Shown here piece by piece: positions 1 through 14,367 of a DNA stretch of 64,000 nucleotides. The stretch's first letter is position 1, and the number at the start of each line of letters is the position of its first letter. Made by a program: the position numbers and the translations under genes. The notes below the pieces were generated by a model that made no database searches, was not told the DNA's origin, and saw nothing but the letters and a program-made list of their open reading frames with translations. The stretch comes from Eledone cirrhosa. Lineage: Eukaryota. The stretch spans positions 39,804,001 to 39,868,000 of the forward strand of contig OZ024746.1 of assembly GCA_964016885.1 (NCBI GenBank). Reading direction: 5' to 3'.

Positions 1-460
1 ACAGTTTACAGTAGATGTGTGGGATTTTAACACAGAATGTAATAGGCTGTAACTCTATGCTATAAAGCATGTTGTCCGATGCACTACCGATACTGCCAAT
101 CCACTGCTCAAGACAATGAATATTAATAATATTTTTTTGAAATCGAATGTATGTAGTAAATGTTCATTAAAGAGAGAATCAGCTAACTCAGTATATCAAC
201 ATTTCAAAAATCAGAATTTTGTAGGAGATATGAACGATGGAATGGCCTCCGACACATAACGGAACATAGTTTGTAATGACATCGACCTCGACAAGAAACG
301 AAAGGTCATGAATGAGGTGTAGAACAGTCGCAGTTCAGTTATGATACCCATACTATGTTTAACACGCATACGTACACACAGAGATGCATATAGATATTTA
401 AATATACACATGTATATATACAAATATATACACATACATATATGTATATATATATATATA

Positions 461-670
461 TTAGAAAGTGAGGTTTTTTTTACAAAATGAAAAATAACCG
501 AGGTGTCCAACACGAGTGAAAGTATAAAGAAAAAGAGATGAAATAGAAAATGCAACTGGAGTCTTATTTTTTTTTTAAATATATATATTTATTTGGTTCC
601 TTTACCGGTTTCGCAGTTCTTCTGCTTTTCAAAAGGTGAGTTGAGATGGAGGGTCTGTGGTTTTTCTCAC
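461..670 (-). mobile_element. Family A PLE-like 3' fragment in (TA)n, containing an HHR
   Basis: Reverse complement of 10808-11013; (TA)n at the left end, short TA run at the right end. Confidence 0.8.
599..636 (-). ncRNA. Minimal type I hammerhead ribozyme, U3-A8 core variant
   Basis: Minus strand reads cctt-TTGAAAA-gcag aagaa ctgc-GAA-accggt-A-aagg: helix I cctt/aagg, helix II gcag/ctgc, palindromic helix III, GUA site. Confidence 0.75.
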
Positions 671-954
671 ATATATATAAATTACAGAATAATCAAAACT
701 ATGTTCAAAGCATTTTATTGCTGACAATCGCTTCTTCCAAACATTCGTTTGGAATCATCGGAGCATTGGCAAAGTTTAAACATATAATTAACCTCCTATT
801 CCACAGAACAATCGTAAAGATATGTAGATATGTAGTGTATTACATTGAGCTATTTTTCATACTGGTATTAAGGTGGTAAAAAATAAAAAAAATACTGACC
901 TCTCTTGTTTATAATTATATATACTATATATATAAGTATAAATAATATTATTAT

Positions 955-1248
955 TATACGGCCCTTTAGGGTCTGAGTTCAAATCCCGCCGAGGTTAACT
1001 TTGCTTTTCATCCTTATGGGTCGATAAAATAAAGTACCAGTAATACACTGGGATAATTGCTGGCCTTGTGCCGCCGTGGATTGGCAGTATCGGTAGAGGG
1101 TCGGACGCCATGCTTTCCAGCATAGTTACGTCCCTTTACGATCTGAGTTCAAATCCCGCCGAGGTTGACTTTGCCTTTCATGATTACGGGGTCGATAAAA
1201 TAAAGTACCAGTAATGCACTGGCCTTGTGCCTAAAGTAGAAACAATTA
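955..1248 (+). mobile_element. Two tandem tRNA-derived SINE copies (family S1), first 5'-truncated
   Basis: A-box-like tggcagtatcggtag, B-box gagttcaaatcc, core gcctttcatccttacggggtcgataaaataaagtaccag; near-identical copies elsewhere in the window. Confidence 0.9.
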
Positions 1249-1259
1249 TATAAATACTA

Positions 1260-1367
<108 letters not shown>

Positions 1368-2115
1368 TATGTGTGTGTGTGTCTGTGTGCGTGTGGTTGT
1401 ACTTGTGTAATTAACTAAATGTCTGAACTGAACTGCGACACCTGGTTATTGTTGTCACGAAAAATCACTTTGAAGGCGGCAGTACTTCACAACGAAGATG
1501 AAGGCTAAATATACATCTTCACAGAGACATCACAATCAAACGTCGCACATCAAACATAACTATATTGGAAAGACTTACAGAGCAATAGTGTTAATTCTGT
1601 TGGGGTAAACATTTTAACTATACCGGAAGGTTGATATTTCATTGAAAATGATAGCAATCCATCGACAGGAAATCCATGATGTTCTCGCTGGAACTAAGAT
1701 ATCAATTGAAACACACTGAGAATATATAGCCAACTAAAGTAAAGATTTCATTATATCATCAAAGAAGGATCGTGTGATCTTTGGAAAATTTATGTTGCAG
1801 CGGTGACTTCTAAGATATCAGCTGTTGAAAGCGGAAGTTCCCAAGATCTGAGACTGCAAATTTTGATGTTTTTCTTTCTATATTTATCTATTGGTTTGGT
1901 TTGATGAAGCTAGTTGGTTATCACATTAAAACTTTATCTGCTTATACCGATTATAGACATTATATACATTCCCTCTTGATCTCCCTCACTTTGTTCTTTG
2001 TTCTTCTATCTCTTTTTCTCGTTCCCTCTATCTATTTCGCTTTCTTTCGTTTGACATTGGCACACACACACAATGGCGCACTCTCTTACGTACCCACAAA
2101 TTCACGCATAGGCAC

Positions 2116-2150
<35 letters not shown>

Positions 2151-2160
2151 GGCATATGTG

Positions 2161-2195
<35 letters not shown>

Positions 2196-2227
2196 CTGTC
2201 TGAGGTCGGTTAATGCTTATTCATCCA

Positions 2228-3071
<844 letters not shown>

Positions 3072-3268
3072 GTAGATAAATCTACCAAGAGTTTACGGTA
3101 GTGTCCAATCCGTATGAAGAACTCAATGTAGTCCGGATATCATGGAAAGAAGAGATGCAATGAAAAATCACTTTCGGTGAAAGATAAACGGAATACAGAG
3201 TCAAGATAAAATATTTAAAAAATAATGAATAAAACAATGAAACAGTTCCTTATATTAAACAAAAAAAG

Positions 3269-3423
3269 TTCATTATTTAACGATCGTTTCTAGGATATAT
3301 ATGTGTTAGAATTGGCATGCATATTCAACAGATCTATGTACAAAATTATACAAAATTATACAAACTATCAAGATTAAATATACATACCAAACACACATAT
3401 ATGCCGTCTTCAGAAATAATGAA
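3269..3423 (-). ncRNA. Type I hammerhead ribozyme with long helix II (mirror copy)
   Basis: Reverse complement of 3591-3745. Confidence 0.75.
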
Positions 3424-3590
3424 ATATATTTATTGATAATAACAACAATTCAAAATTTCAGGTCCGTTTGGGAACGGAGTTCAAATTGACCAATGAAAAT
3501 ACAAAAAATTTGTATTTTCATTGGTCAATTTGAACTCCGTTCCCAAACGGACCTGAAATTTTGAATTGTTGTTATTATCAATAAATATAT

Positions 3591-3745
3591 TTCATTATTT
3601 CTGAAGACGGCATATATGTGTGTTTGGTATGTATATTTAATCTTGATAGTTTGTATAATTTTGTATAATTTTGTACATAGATCTGTTGAATATGCATGCC
3701 AATTCTAACACATATATATCCTAGAAACGATCGTTAAATAATGAA
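3591..3745 (+). ncRNA. Type I hammerhead ribozyme with ~115-nt helix II
   Basis: ttcattattt-CTGAAGA-[long stem: atatatgtgt/acacatatat, ttggtatgtatatttaa/ttgaatatgcatgccaa]-GAAAC gatc GTT-aaataatgaa; 10-bp perfect helix I. Confidence 0.8.
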
Positions 3746-3799
3746 CTTTTTTTGTTTAATATAAGGAACTGTTTCATTGTTTTATTCATTATTTTTTTA

Positions 3800-3881
<82 letters not shown>

Positions 3882-4813
3882 AATATATATATGGGGGTGT
3901 ATTTGATGGCGTTCTGAGTTCAAATCCTGTCGAGAATCTAATTTACCTTTCATCCTCGGGTGTCAATATAATAAGTACCAGTCGATTATTGTGAATCGAA
4001 TCGATATAATCGATTTTCCCTTTACCACTTAATTTTAACCTTGTATCTATATTAGAAATACTTATTACATCGTCAAACAAATTATCTGTATGGAAATGGT
4101 TACATTAACATTCTTGAAATTAAAGCAATTATTTCAATATGTGTTCCTTTCTTTGAAGCTTCTATAATCTATAAAACAATTGCTTACATAAGGATAAGAC
4201 CAAACATTTTATGGAAAAAAATTATATTTTATTGAATCTTAACTAGTAGACATTCTCGTAATTATTTTTATTGATTCCCTGGCGATGAAAGCAAAGTTTT
4301 TGAATGAGAGAGAAACTAAGAGGAACAAACCACCAAATACAATAAGATATTTAGCACCAGTTTTATGGTTTGGTTTCTCCGACAGCACCGCCTTTTCCTT
4401 CGCCAATATAAATAATATTCCTGATGTTTCTGGAGAAATCTAGTTTGAAAATATATGTTGTTATTGTTGTTTTTAATTTTGGATTTTTTATATATATTTT
4501 TTTCATTGAAAATCGCATTTTGAATTTGTTTCTTTATGCTTATTGTTTAGAAGAGTTACGGCTGTGTAGATACAATTTGTTATGCATGCAATGTTTTGCT
4601 TATGATGCATTTATGACTGTAGATATTTATTTAATGAACAGTTGTTTAATAGCTTCATTTTTTCTGTTTATTTTCCTTTCCAGTAAATTGCATTTTGTCT
4701 GTTGTTGATTTAGTATTATAAATATCAATTTTATTTGATTGTTTCTCTCTATCAACCAGCCCCCGCTCACTCTTTATCTATCTCTATCAAAACATTTCCA
4801 TCTACGTATATAC

Positions 4814-4942
<129 letters not shown>

Positions 4943-5275
4943 TGTATGTATGTATGTATGTATGTATGTATGTATGTATGTACTATTGTGTATGTGTGTT
5001 TATTCTTAGTTTTTATACTTTCCGTACTTATTTTCCTTAGATACTTGCCATGAAGATTGATGATATGTCTTCTATTGCTATTTATCTATATACATTTCGT
5101 ATATATTTTGTAGGCATAAACATTGCAATGTTCTTTATATCGGGAATATATGAAAGACATTTGCCAAATTCTGTCGGTCGTATATTGTTGCTGTTTACTT
5201 TCATTCAAAGGTTCTTTGTACTTTAAATTGAACAGCAAAAAGTATAATACAATACAATACTATACATACACACCC

Positions 5276-5342
<67 letters not shown>

Positions 5343-5384
5343 TATATATATATATATATATATATGTGTGTATATATATATATA

Positions 5385-5500
<116 letters not shown>

Positions 5501-5598
5501 TTTTTCGGCTCTGTTTAACTACATTGAGCTATACCTTTTACTGTCATTTCTATAATAAGAAGAGGGTGTTTAACTCCAACACGCTCCAGTATTTTAAC

Positions 5599-5669
<71 letters not shown>

Positions 5670-5672
<3 letters not shown>

Positions 5673-5720
5673 ATAATAAACGTGAAGACTAAAATCCGAA
5701 GAGGGCTCGATAAGGATTAT
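5670..5720 (-). repeat. Family D short island in (TA)n; related copies at 27505-27543 and 61285-61335
   Basis: Shared ggattttagtcttca..tttattatta, each copy next to (TA)n. Confidence 0.7.
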
Positions 5721-5815
5721 ATATATATATATATATATATAAACCCGTAGAGCAAATATTTATTATAAAAACAGATTAAAGTTTAAGCAAAGAATCGGTG
5801 CTTTCACCCTTATAA

Positions 5816-6448
5816 TATATAAGACTGTCATACTCTACAGCGTTAAACCTTGAACAACACATAAAAAAGATCAATACTAGAAGGTTAAACGAAAACACTA
5901 AAAACTTAAGTACAAAGAACACAAAAAAAACAGTAGACAATACACTACAAAACATAAATAAACCACACCTAAGTTCGTCCGCAATACTACTCCAGAGAAA
6001 ACCCAACGTACACAACTGTAACTGCACCTATCCTGACAACTGCCCCCTCGGCAATAACTGCCTGGAAAAAAATATTATTTATAAGTGTACCATTAAATCC
6101 GGAGGCAACGAGTGGTATTACGTGGGATCAACGGCAACATCGTTTAAATCTCGATTGTATAGGCATTCTTACTCAATAAAACACCAGAGCCAAAGAAATG
6201 TAACAACTTTAGCAGAAAAAGCTTGGACGCTCAGGGATAGCGATCAAAAGTTTACCCTAAAATGGGAGAAATTAGCTAAAACCCAAAGCTTTTCCAGGAG
6301 CCAAAATTTCTGCAAATTGTGTAATCTTGAGATTTATTACATAATCACACACAAGAAGAAACTGCTGAATAACAGAATTGAACGAACATTATTCTGCCGT
6401 CACAGAACTAAAACCCTTTTTTCCCACTACAAGCCGAATATTACATAA
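5816..6448 (+). pseudogene. PLE ORF C-terminus: Cys linker plus GIY-YIG endonuclease
   Basis: Frame is open upstream of the listed 6122 ORF: IRLSYS...CNCTYPDNCPLGNNCLEKNIIYKC...YYVGST..FKSRLYRH...CKLCNLE...LLNNR...CRH. Confidence 0.85.
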
Positions 6449-6715
6449 AAGAGGGACATCCCCCAACTATATAAACCTTAATCTAGTTAGAAAAATATAA
6501 AAACAATCTCTTCTCAACATATATTAATAACCTTAAATTACCACACTAATAATGGAAAGATATGCTGATGAGAATAGGTGCAAATATGCGATAATGAATG
6601 TGTCTAAAAACGTCCATAAGTATGTATATATATGTGAAAATGTATATAAATAAGTAAATATATATATATGTTTGATGTGTATAGTTAGATGTAAGTGTAT
6701 TCATGTATTAAAGTG

Positions 6716-6779
<64 letters not shown>

Positions 6780-7340
6780 ATGTATATATGTGTATATAGA
6801 TGTGTATGTATGTGTATGTGTGTACACATGGACTAGAGTATGTATGTATATATGTGTGTGTCTATACGTGTGTATATAAAGATAAGTTGAGTATGAAAAT
6901 GTATACACATGAGCGCGTATGTATGTACATGAATACATGTGTGTATATATATGTGTATGCATGTGTATATATATGTAAGTATGAATATGTGAATTGTGAG
7001 TATATGTATTTTGTAGAGGTGTGTAAATATATTTGTGTGTGAATGCGTGGGTGAAAGGATACGTACACTTGAAAGAAAAATTTAAGTCTGAATGTTAATT
7101 AAGTGCAAACACAAAACAACCACGCATATCTTTACTATCTCTAATCCTTCTATAGATTTAGAAAAATAACCAATAATATATTCTATAAAAAATGTCAAAA
7201 CAACAGATGGGAATCTAATTACTCACTGACACCAAGAATTCTCACTGCTATCGAAAAACCACTCCTTCAACTATTCTTCTAACAACCTCACCCCTCCCTC
7301 CTAATATTCTCTATAAATACTAAATAGGTCCTCAGTAATA

Positions 7341-7396
7341 TTATTCTGATGAAATGACAGTAAATAATAACATTGAAATATTGAATGTCTGCATAA
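7341..7396 (+). ncRNA. Degenerate hammerhead motif in the PLE 3' region
   Basis: CTGATGA-aatg..catt-GAAA tattgaat GTC; helix I is poor. Confidence 0.55.
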
Positions 7397-7494
7397 CTAA
7401 AAGTTTGTAGATAGCAGCTGTTTTAGGTTATGTAACTGTTATAGAAACACGTGTCAATAAATTCCTTTCAACTAAACTGTATCCATTCAAATCT

Positions 7495-7565
<71 letters not shown>

Positions 7566-7568
<3 letters not shown>

Positions 7569-8400
7569 GAGGTGTGTCAGAAAAGTTCCAGGACGGATGT
7601 CACAAAAGATTTATTTCAAACCCAAACTTCACACTAAGAGTTTTCTCCTTCAAAGTAATCCCCCCTGGAGTATGTAACTGTAATCTTACCTCTCTGCAGC
7701 GATCAAACATTTTTCTTCATAATTATATATACATGTCCTCTGTTTCAGGTCGTCAAGCACAGAGCAACGAATAAACTTGAAAACTCCGTCAGAAGCACTG
7801 GGATTGCTGCAGCAAGTGTATGGAAATGAGACGATGTCACGCACACGTGTTTTTGTAGTGGTGCAAGAGGTTTAAAGAAGGACGCGAGAACGTGGAAGAT
7901 GACCCCAGGAGCGGAGGGCTCTCAACAACCGGGACTGAGGTCAACGTTGAGCGCGCCAGGCAGATGGTGCGTAGCGATCGTCGGCTGACTGTTCGACTGA
8001 TGGCAAATGAGCTGGGCATGAATCGGGACAGCGTCTGGAAGATTCTCACTGAAGATTTGGACATGCGGAAAGTCTGCGCGAAGATGGTGCCAAAACTGCT
8101 GAACGATGACCAGAAGGGTCGACGCGTGCAAGTTTGCCAGGACATCCTCGAGCGTCTTGAAATCGAACCAGACTTGCTAGGGACAGTCATCACCGGTGAT
8201 GAGTCATGGATGCTCAAGGGGGTCATCAAGGGGACCCGTTTTGAAGACGTGGACGACATCAAAAAGGCCGTGACAACGGAACTGCGGAGGATCCCGGAAG
8301 AATCCTTCCAGGAGTGCATGCAAGCGTGGAAGAAAAGGATAGAAAAGTGCATTAGACTCCATGGGGATTACTTTGAAGGTGAAAACTCTTAGTGTGAAGT
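7566..8400 (+). mobile_element. Mariner transposon, internally deleted, no right TIR seen
   Basis: Left end tacgaggtgtgtcagaaaagt; transposase motifs DDPRSG, KVCAKMVPKLL, ITGDESW, GDYFEG. Confidence 0.9.
7892..8392 (+). pseudogene. Mariner transposase remnant
   Basis: TGDESW runs directly into the C-terminal LKG.RF segment; HDNA and YSPDLAP regions are absent. Confidence 0.85.
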
Positions 8401-8511
8401 TTATATATGTATATACAGTATATATATATATATATATAATACATATATATATATATACATATATATATACATCTATATATAAATATACATATATATATAC
8501 ATATATATATA

Positions 8512-8705
8512 CGATATATTAACAAATGGAAACTATATTTATAAGACCATATTTATTTTTTTATTTCATTATACATATTTCAAGGACACCAAGTTAAATT
8601 ATGGTGTGCTTTCATCAAATAAAATATAATATAGAGCAGTTTTATAAATAAATATTGACATACCCTTAAAGAATGCGACCATTTCTGTTGGAAGCTCCCG
8701 GACAT
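8512..8705 (-). mobile_element. Family E PLE-like island in (TA)n
   Basis: Closely matches 11781-11940. Confidence 0.75.
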
Positions 8706-9415
<710 letters not shown>

Positions 9416-9978
9416 GCAATAATTTTGTGGAGCGAGAGACTTATAGTCTTCATTAAGACATCTCTCTAGGAGAAGGTCACTCTGATATAAAACCTGCGAC
9501 TTCGTTTGCATCCATTGATGTTCAGAGAGTGGGATTGGCTCGGTGCAAAAGCCTTTCCTAACTTAAAAAAGCTTCAAACACGGGCATCGCTTGATATATG
9601 ACATTTTACGATGCATGGTATTGCTGGTCATGGGAAAGTCCCTAACAGGACTAAAAAACTATACTTAAGTATCAAAAAATTATGCTTAACTATGAAAAAA
9701 TTATGCTTAAGTATCAAGCGAAAGCATTACTCGAAATCTTGTTTCAACCAACATTTTTCTATGTATGTATGTATGTATGTAAATTTATATATATATATAC
9801 AGTATGTTGTCATGGTTCGACATAAATCACACCAGACGAGATCAGAAATCGAAGCATGCGCAGTAAATAGGTTGACACAAAGTTCTCTCTTCATGAAGTT
9901 GTTTAAAAACCTCTGAAGTGCTCAACTATGTAAGATGCACATTTTAAAAATAATAATTAGAACACTAGATGTGGATAG

Positions 9979-10088
<110 letters not shown>

Positions 10089-10660
10089 AGTGTGTTCGAG
10101 TATATATATATATATTTACATATGTATGTGTCTGAGTGTATATATATAATAAATAAATACATACACAAGCACAATAACAACAAACACATATAAACACACA
10201 CTAGTAAACTAAGATAGAATACAATAACCAATACAGTGTCACCCAAACACGAACACACATCAAACAAAACACTATACACACACGCAAACGCATGAGCAGA
10301 GAAGACAAAAAAAATAAACAAATAAATAAACAGACTAAATAAAGATGGCGTAGGCATACAATGCAACGGGAGGAAACATAATAGCACCACTGACGATGTT
10401 GCAGATGTGCAACTAAAGAACTTTGTTAGACTATATATATGTGTTTGTGTCTATATTGTATCTGTATTTTTGACCGTTGGTCAGTCAATGGTAACATTGA
10501 GGACCGAATAAATTAAATTAACCGATATAAAAGACACAGAAGCGAAAACCAACAAAACAGTGAGTGTGTTTTGTTATTAATTCTGGCAATATTATTACAC
10601 AAATATGACCCACCCCAAGTATAACAATATATATATATGTGTGTGTGTGTGTGTGTTTGA

Positions 10661-10708
<48 letters not shown>

Positions 10709-10711
<3 letters not shown>

Positions 10712-11013
10712 AAAAAAAGATGAAATCGAAAATGCAACTGGAGTCTTATTTTTAAAAAAATATATATATTTATTTGGTTCCTTTATCGGTTTCGCAGTTC
10801 TTGAGGTGTGAGAAAAACCACATACCCTCCATCTCAACTCTACTTTTGAAAAGCAGAAGAACTGCGAAACCGGTAAAGGAACCAAATAAATATATATATT
10901 TTTTAAATAAGACTCCAGTTGCATTTTCGATTTCATCTTTCTTTCTTTATACTTTCACTCGTGTAGGACACCTCGGTTATTTTTCATTTTGTAAAAAAAA
11001 ACCTCACTTTCTA
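10709..11013 (+). mobile_element. Family A island: short inverted arm (10709-10802) plus direct copy with HHR and tail
   Basis: 10709-10802 is the reverse complement of about 10857-10947; (TA)n flanks. Confidence 0.85.
10843..10878 (+). ncRNA. Minimal type I hammerhead, U3-A8 variant
   Basis: ctt-TTGAAAA-gcag aagaa ctgc-GAA accggt A-aag. Confidence 0.72.
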
Positions 11014-11046
<33 letters not shown>

Positions 11047-11660
11047 CGTGTGTCTGAGCGTATATGTGTGTGTGTGCATGTGTGTGTATATGAGTATATA
11101 TGTGAGGTGGGGGTGTAATTTCGACAGAGACAGTGACAGTGACAGTGACATTGAAATCTGAAGGACAACCAGAAACAAGCCTAATATCTAATATCAGCAT
11201 AAATACCAATTAAACAAATTAGTCACATCTTGTAAAATGATTTCAATAATTTCCAACAATCATTGCTCTCGCCATTATTTACTATCAATTAAAGCAGTGC
11301 TGTGTGATCTCCCATCCTATTTATTGTTATTTTTGGCGATAATTTAATTAATTAATAAGAAAATATTGATTCGTTTGGCTTGGTTGTAGCATTGATGTGT
11401 TCAGTTTGTAGATATGACATGCAACAACTTTTAGAAGTCAAGGAGGAAACAGAATTACATATATTACTTAGCTATATCGTCCATTGGAAAATATAGCTAA
11501 GTACATGTGGATATTGGTTACCTATAACTTCAACTTCATGTATGTGTCTATATTTCTCTCTCTATATATATATATATATATGTGTGTGGGTGTGTATGTG
11601 TGTGTGTGTGCGTGTGTGTGTATCTATATATATATATATATATCCCACACTCTCTCTCTC

Positions 11661-11693
<33 letters not shown>

Positions 11694-11733
11694 ACGTATG
11701 TTTGTTTGTTTATATGTATATATGTATGCATGT

Positions 11734-11775
<42 letters not shown>

Positions 11776-11780
11776 ATATA

Positions 11781-11980
11781 CGATATTAACAAATGGAAAC
11801 TATATTTATAAAACCATATTTATTTCATTATACATATTTCAAGGACACCAAGTTAAATTATGGTGTGCTTTCATCAGATAAAATATAATATAGATCAGTT
11901 TTATAAATAAATATTGACATACCCTTAGAGAATGCAACCATTAATGGTTGCATTCTTTAAGGGTATGTCAATATTTATAT
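11781..11980 (-). mobile_element. Family E island with terminal ~36-bp-arm hairpin
   Basis: aatattgacatacccttagagaatgcaaccat-ta-atggttgcattctttaagggtatgtcaatatt. Confidence 0.8.
11826..11882 (-). ncRNA. Hammerhead-like motif
   Basis: Minus strand CTGATGA-aagcacacca..tggtgtcctt-GAAAtatGTA; helix II strong, helix I weak. Confidence 0.6.
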
Positions 11981-12770
11981 ATTTACTCAAATAAATTTGT
12001 TTAGTGCTTTATATCAGTTATAAAACTATGTGCTTGTTGTATCCCAACAATTTAAATAGAACTTCTACATATATATATATATATGTGTGTATATATAATG
12101 AAGAACAATGACATTGGTGCAACAACCAGTTAACACCGAATATCTGTTAGCAATTAATCAGGAAAAAGGATTCAAGTAGCGTAGATCATAATTGCTCGGA
12201 GAAAATATGTCCTCCATCAAAATTATATTAACAAGAGGAAAAAAATTGTGCAAAATGAACTATTAAACTTTAGTAAAAAATACCAAGATTAAAACGCACA
12301 AATAAAGTCCTTAAATTAAACTATAAAAAATATGATCTTCGAGGATTTTATTTTTCTGTTTTTTCTGCTTCCTTTGTTTTTCTCATCTTTAGAATAATGA
12401 ATTTTTTTTTTCCCCTTCCTCCGAGCGTATAAAAATAAATTAGATTAAATTTAGATATAAACTCATATATATGTATGTGTATTTTGTTAATCGATACGAA
12501 TAATGTTTATTCGTAAACATACCGTCTATCATTCGATATACAAAATACACATACTTACATGTATACAGCTATGTTGGAGCGAACACCATAGTTAAAGGGG
12601 AGCATTACCTTGATAACAACCATTAGTTAGAAACGACTGTCGGTAATTTCCCCCTTGCTTCTGCAGGAAGTCGCTAGGTTCCAAATTTCACCTTTCAAAT
12701 GTTTATGTATAAACATACCGTATATCATTGAATATACAAAATACACATACATATATGTCTTAAGCTATTT

Positions 12771-12835
<65 letters not shown>

Positions 12836-12838
12836 AAG

Positions 12839-12886
<48 letters not shown>

Positions 12887-13365
12887 AGCATCATAATGAT
12901 ATGGACCTCCGTCGGATTCAACGATGAGTATTCTAATTGTTCAATCAACAAAATTATATATATAAATATATATATGTGAGTGTGTGTGTGAATACTAAAT
13001 ATATATAACGTGTTCAGTTAAAAATAACTGTTAGTGTTCCGTCTTTCCAGCATTTTTCTATTAATTTTTTTGGTCGATTGAAATTTCGGGAGTTATCTCG
13101 CTGGTCCATTTTAAGATAACTTTTCATTAAGGCTGCCGACCTCTCTTTACATTGAAGTTACAATTTCAATTGATTAAGAAGTATTTTCAGCTCAGCACCT
13201 GAATTCTTGTAGTCTTCACTTAAATATATGTTCCTCATACAGAAGGCATTATTTTTCTATATTGTGTGTGTTTATGTTTATAAAACACAGGGGACAACGA
13301 ATTGAACAGGCACTGGAAAGTGAGAGCAGCATGGACAAACGGAATTATGCTATCTTCAGCTTCCC

Positions 13366-13499
<134 letters not shown>

Positions 13500-13559
13500 G
13501 GGAAGCTGAAGGGTGCGCATATATATATATATATATATATATATGGGAAGCTGTAGGGT

Positions 13560-13620
<61 letters not shown>

Positions 13621-13625
<5 letters not shown>

Positions 13626-14367
13626 GAATAATCGAGTATCGAAAAATCGGCGCACGAGTTTACGATAAACAAAATTCGACATGAGTGGCAGAGGGCTCAA
13701 TAATTCAGAGAAATCAGAGCTATAACTATCGTTAAAATACCAACACACATAGATTATGTCTAAAATCAACCATACGACCGAAAAATTACGATCAGGAAGA
13801 TTCGGGTCACTCAGATAAAATATCAATAAATCAATAAATCATGTGAATGTAAAAAGCTTACCCGGACCCACTAGAAAGATGGTAAATCTAGCTTCTTGGG
13901 TTTCTGTAAATCCTTAAACCGCCCACTATCAGCCCACATAAAAATATATAAGACTTCTAGAGAGCGGCGGACAGGAAATACTTTATCAACGAGCTTTGTC
14001 CAGACGAATAAAAAAGCCAACCCTAGCTGAAAACGCACATGGAATCCAGCAAGGGAGATAACCTCATTATCCGCGAAAAATATTCGGGAATGTGGAAAAT
14101 CACATATCGAATAAGAGTGCTCAATAGACATGTTAAAATAAACAGGAGCTATTCATCATTTAATAGAATCGACAAAAAATGAACAATAAAATTAACTGGT
14201 CAATAGCTAAGTCTAGAGCTAAATATAGTAGAATAATCGAGTATCGAAAAATCGGCGCACGAGTTCACGATAAACAAAATTCGACATGAGTGGCAGAGGG
14301 CTCAATAATTCAGAGAAATCAGAGCTATAACTATCGTTAAAATACCAACACACATAGATTATGTCTA
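13621..14367. mobile_element. 747-bp island with 142-bp terminal direct repeats in (TA)n
   Basis: 13621-13762 matches 14226-14367 with one mismatch seen. Confidence 0.8.

Larger units (their letters stand above)
3072..3808. mobile_element. Family C PLE-like island: ~300 bp-arm palindrome plus ~135 bp unpaired tail
   Basis: 3206-3505 is the near-perfect reverse complement of 3509-3808 (3-nt spacer); (TA)n on both sides. Confidence 0.9.
5742..7497 (+). mobile_element. 5'-truncated Penelope-like retroelement (Naiad-like) in (TA)n
   Basis: GIY-YIG coding fragment followed by ~1 kb 3' region with HHR-like motifs; bounded by (TA)n arrays. Confidence 0.8.
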
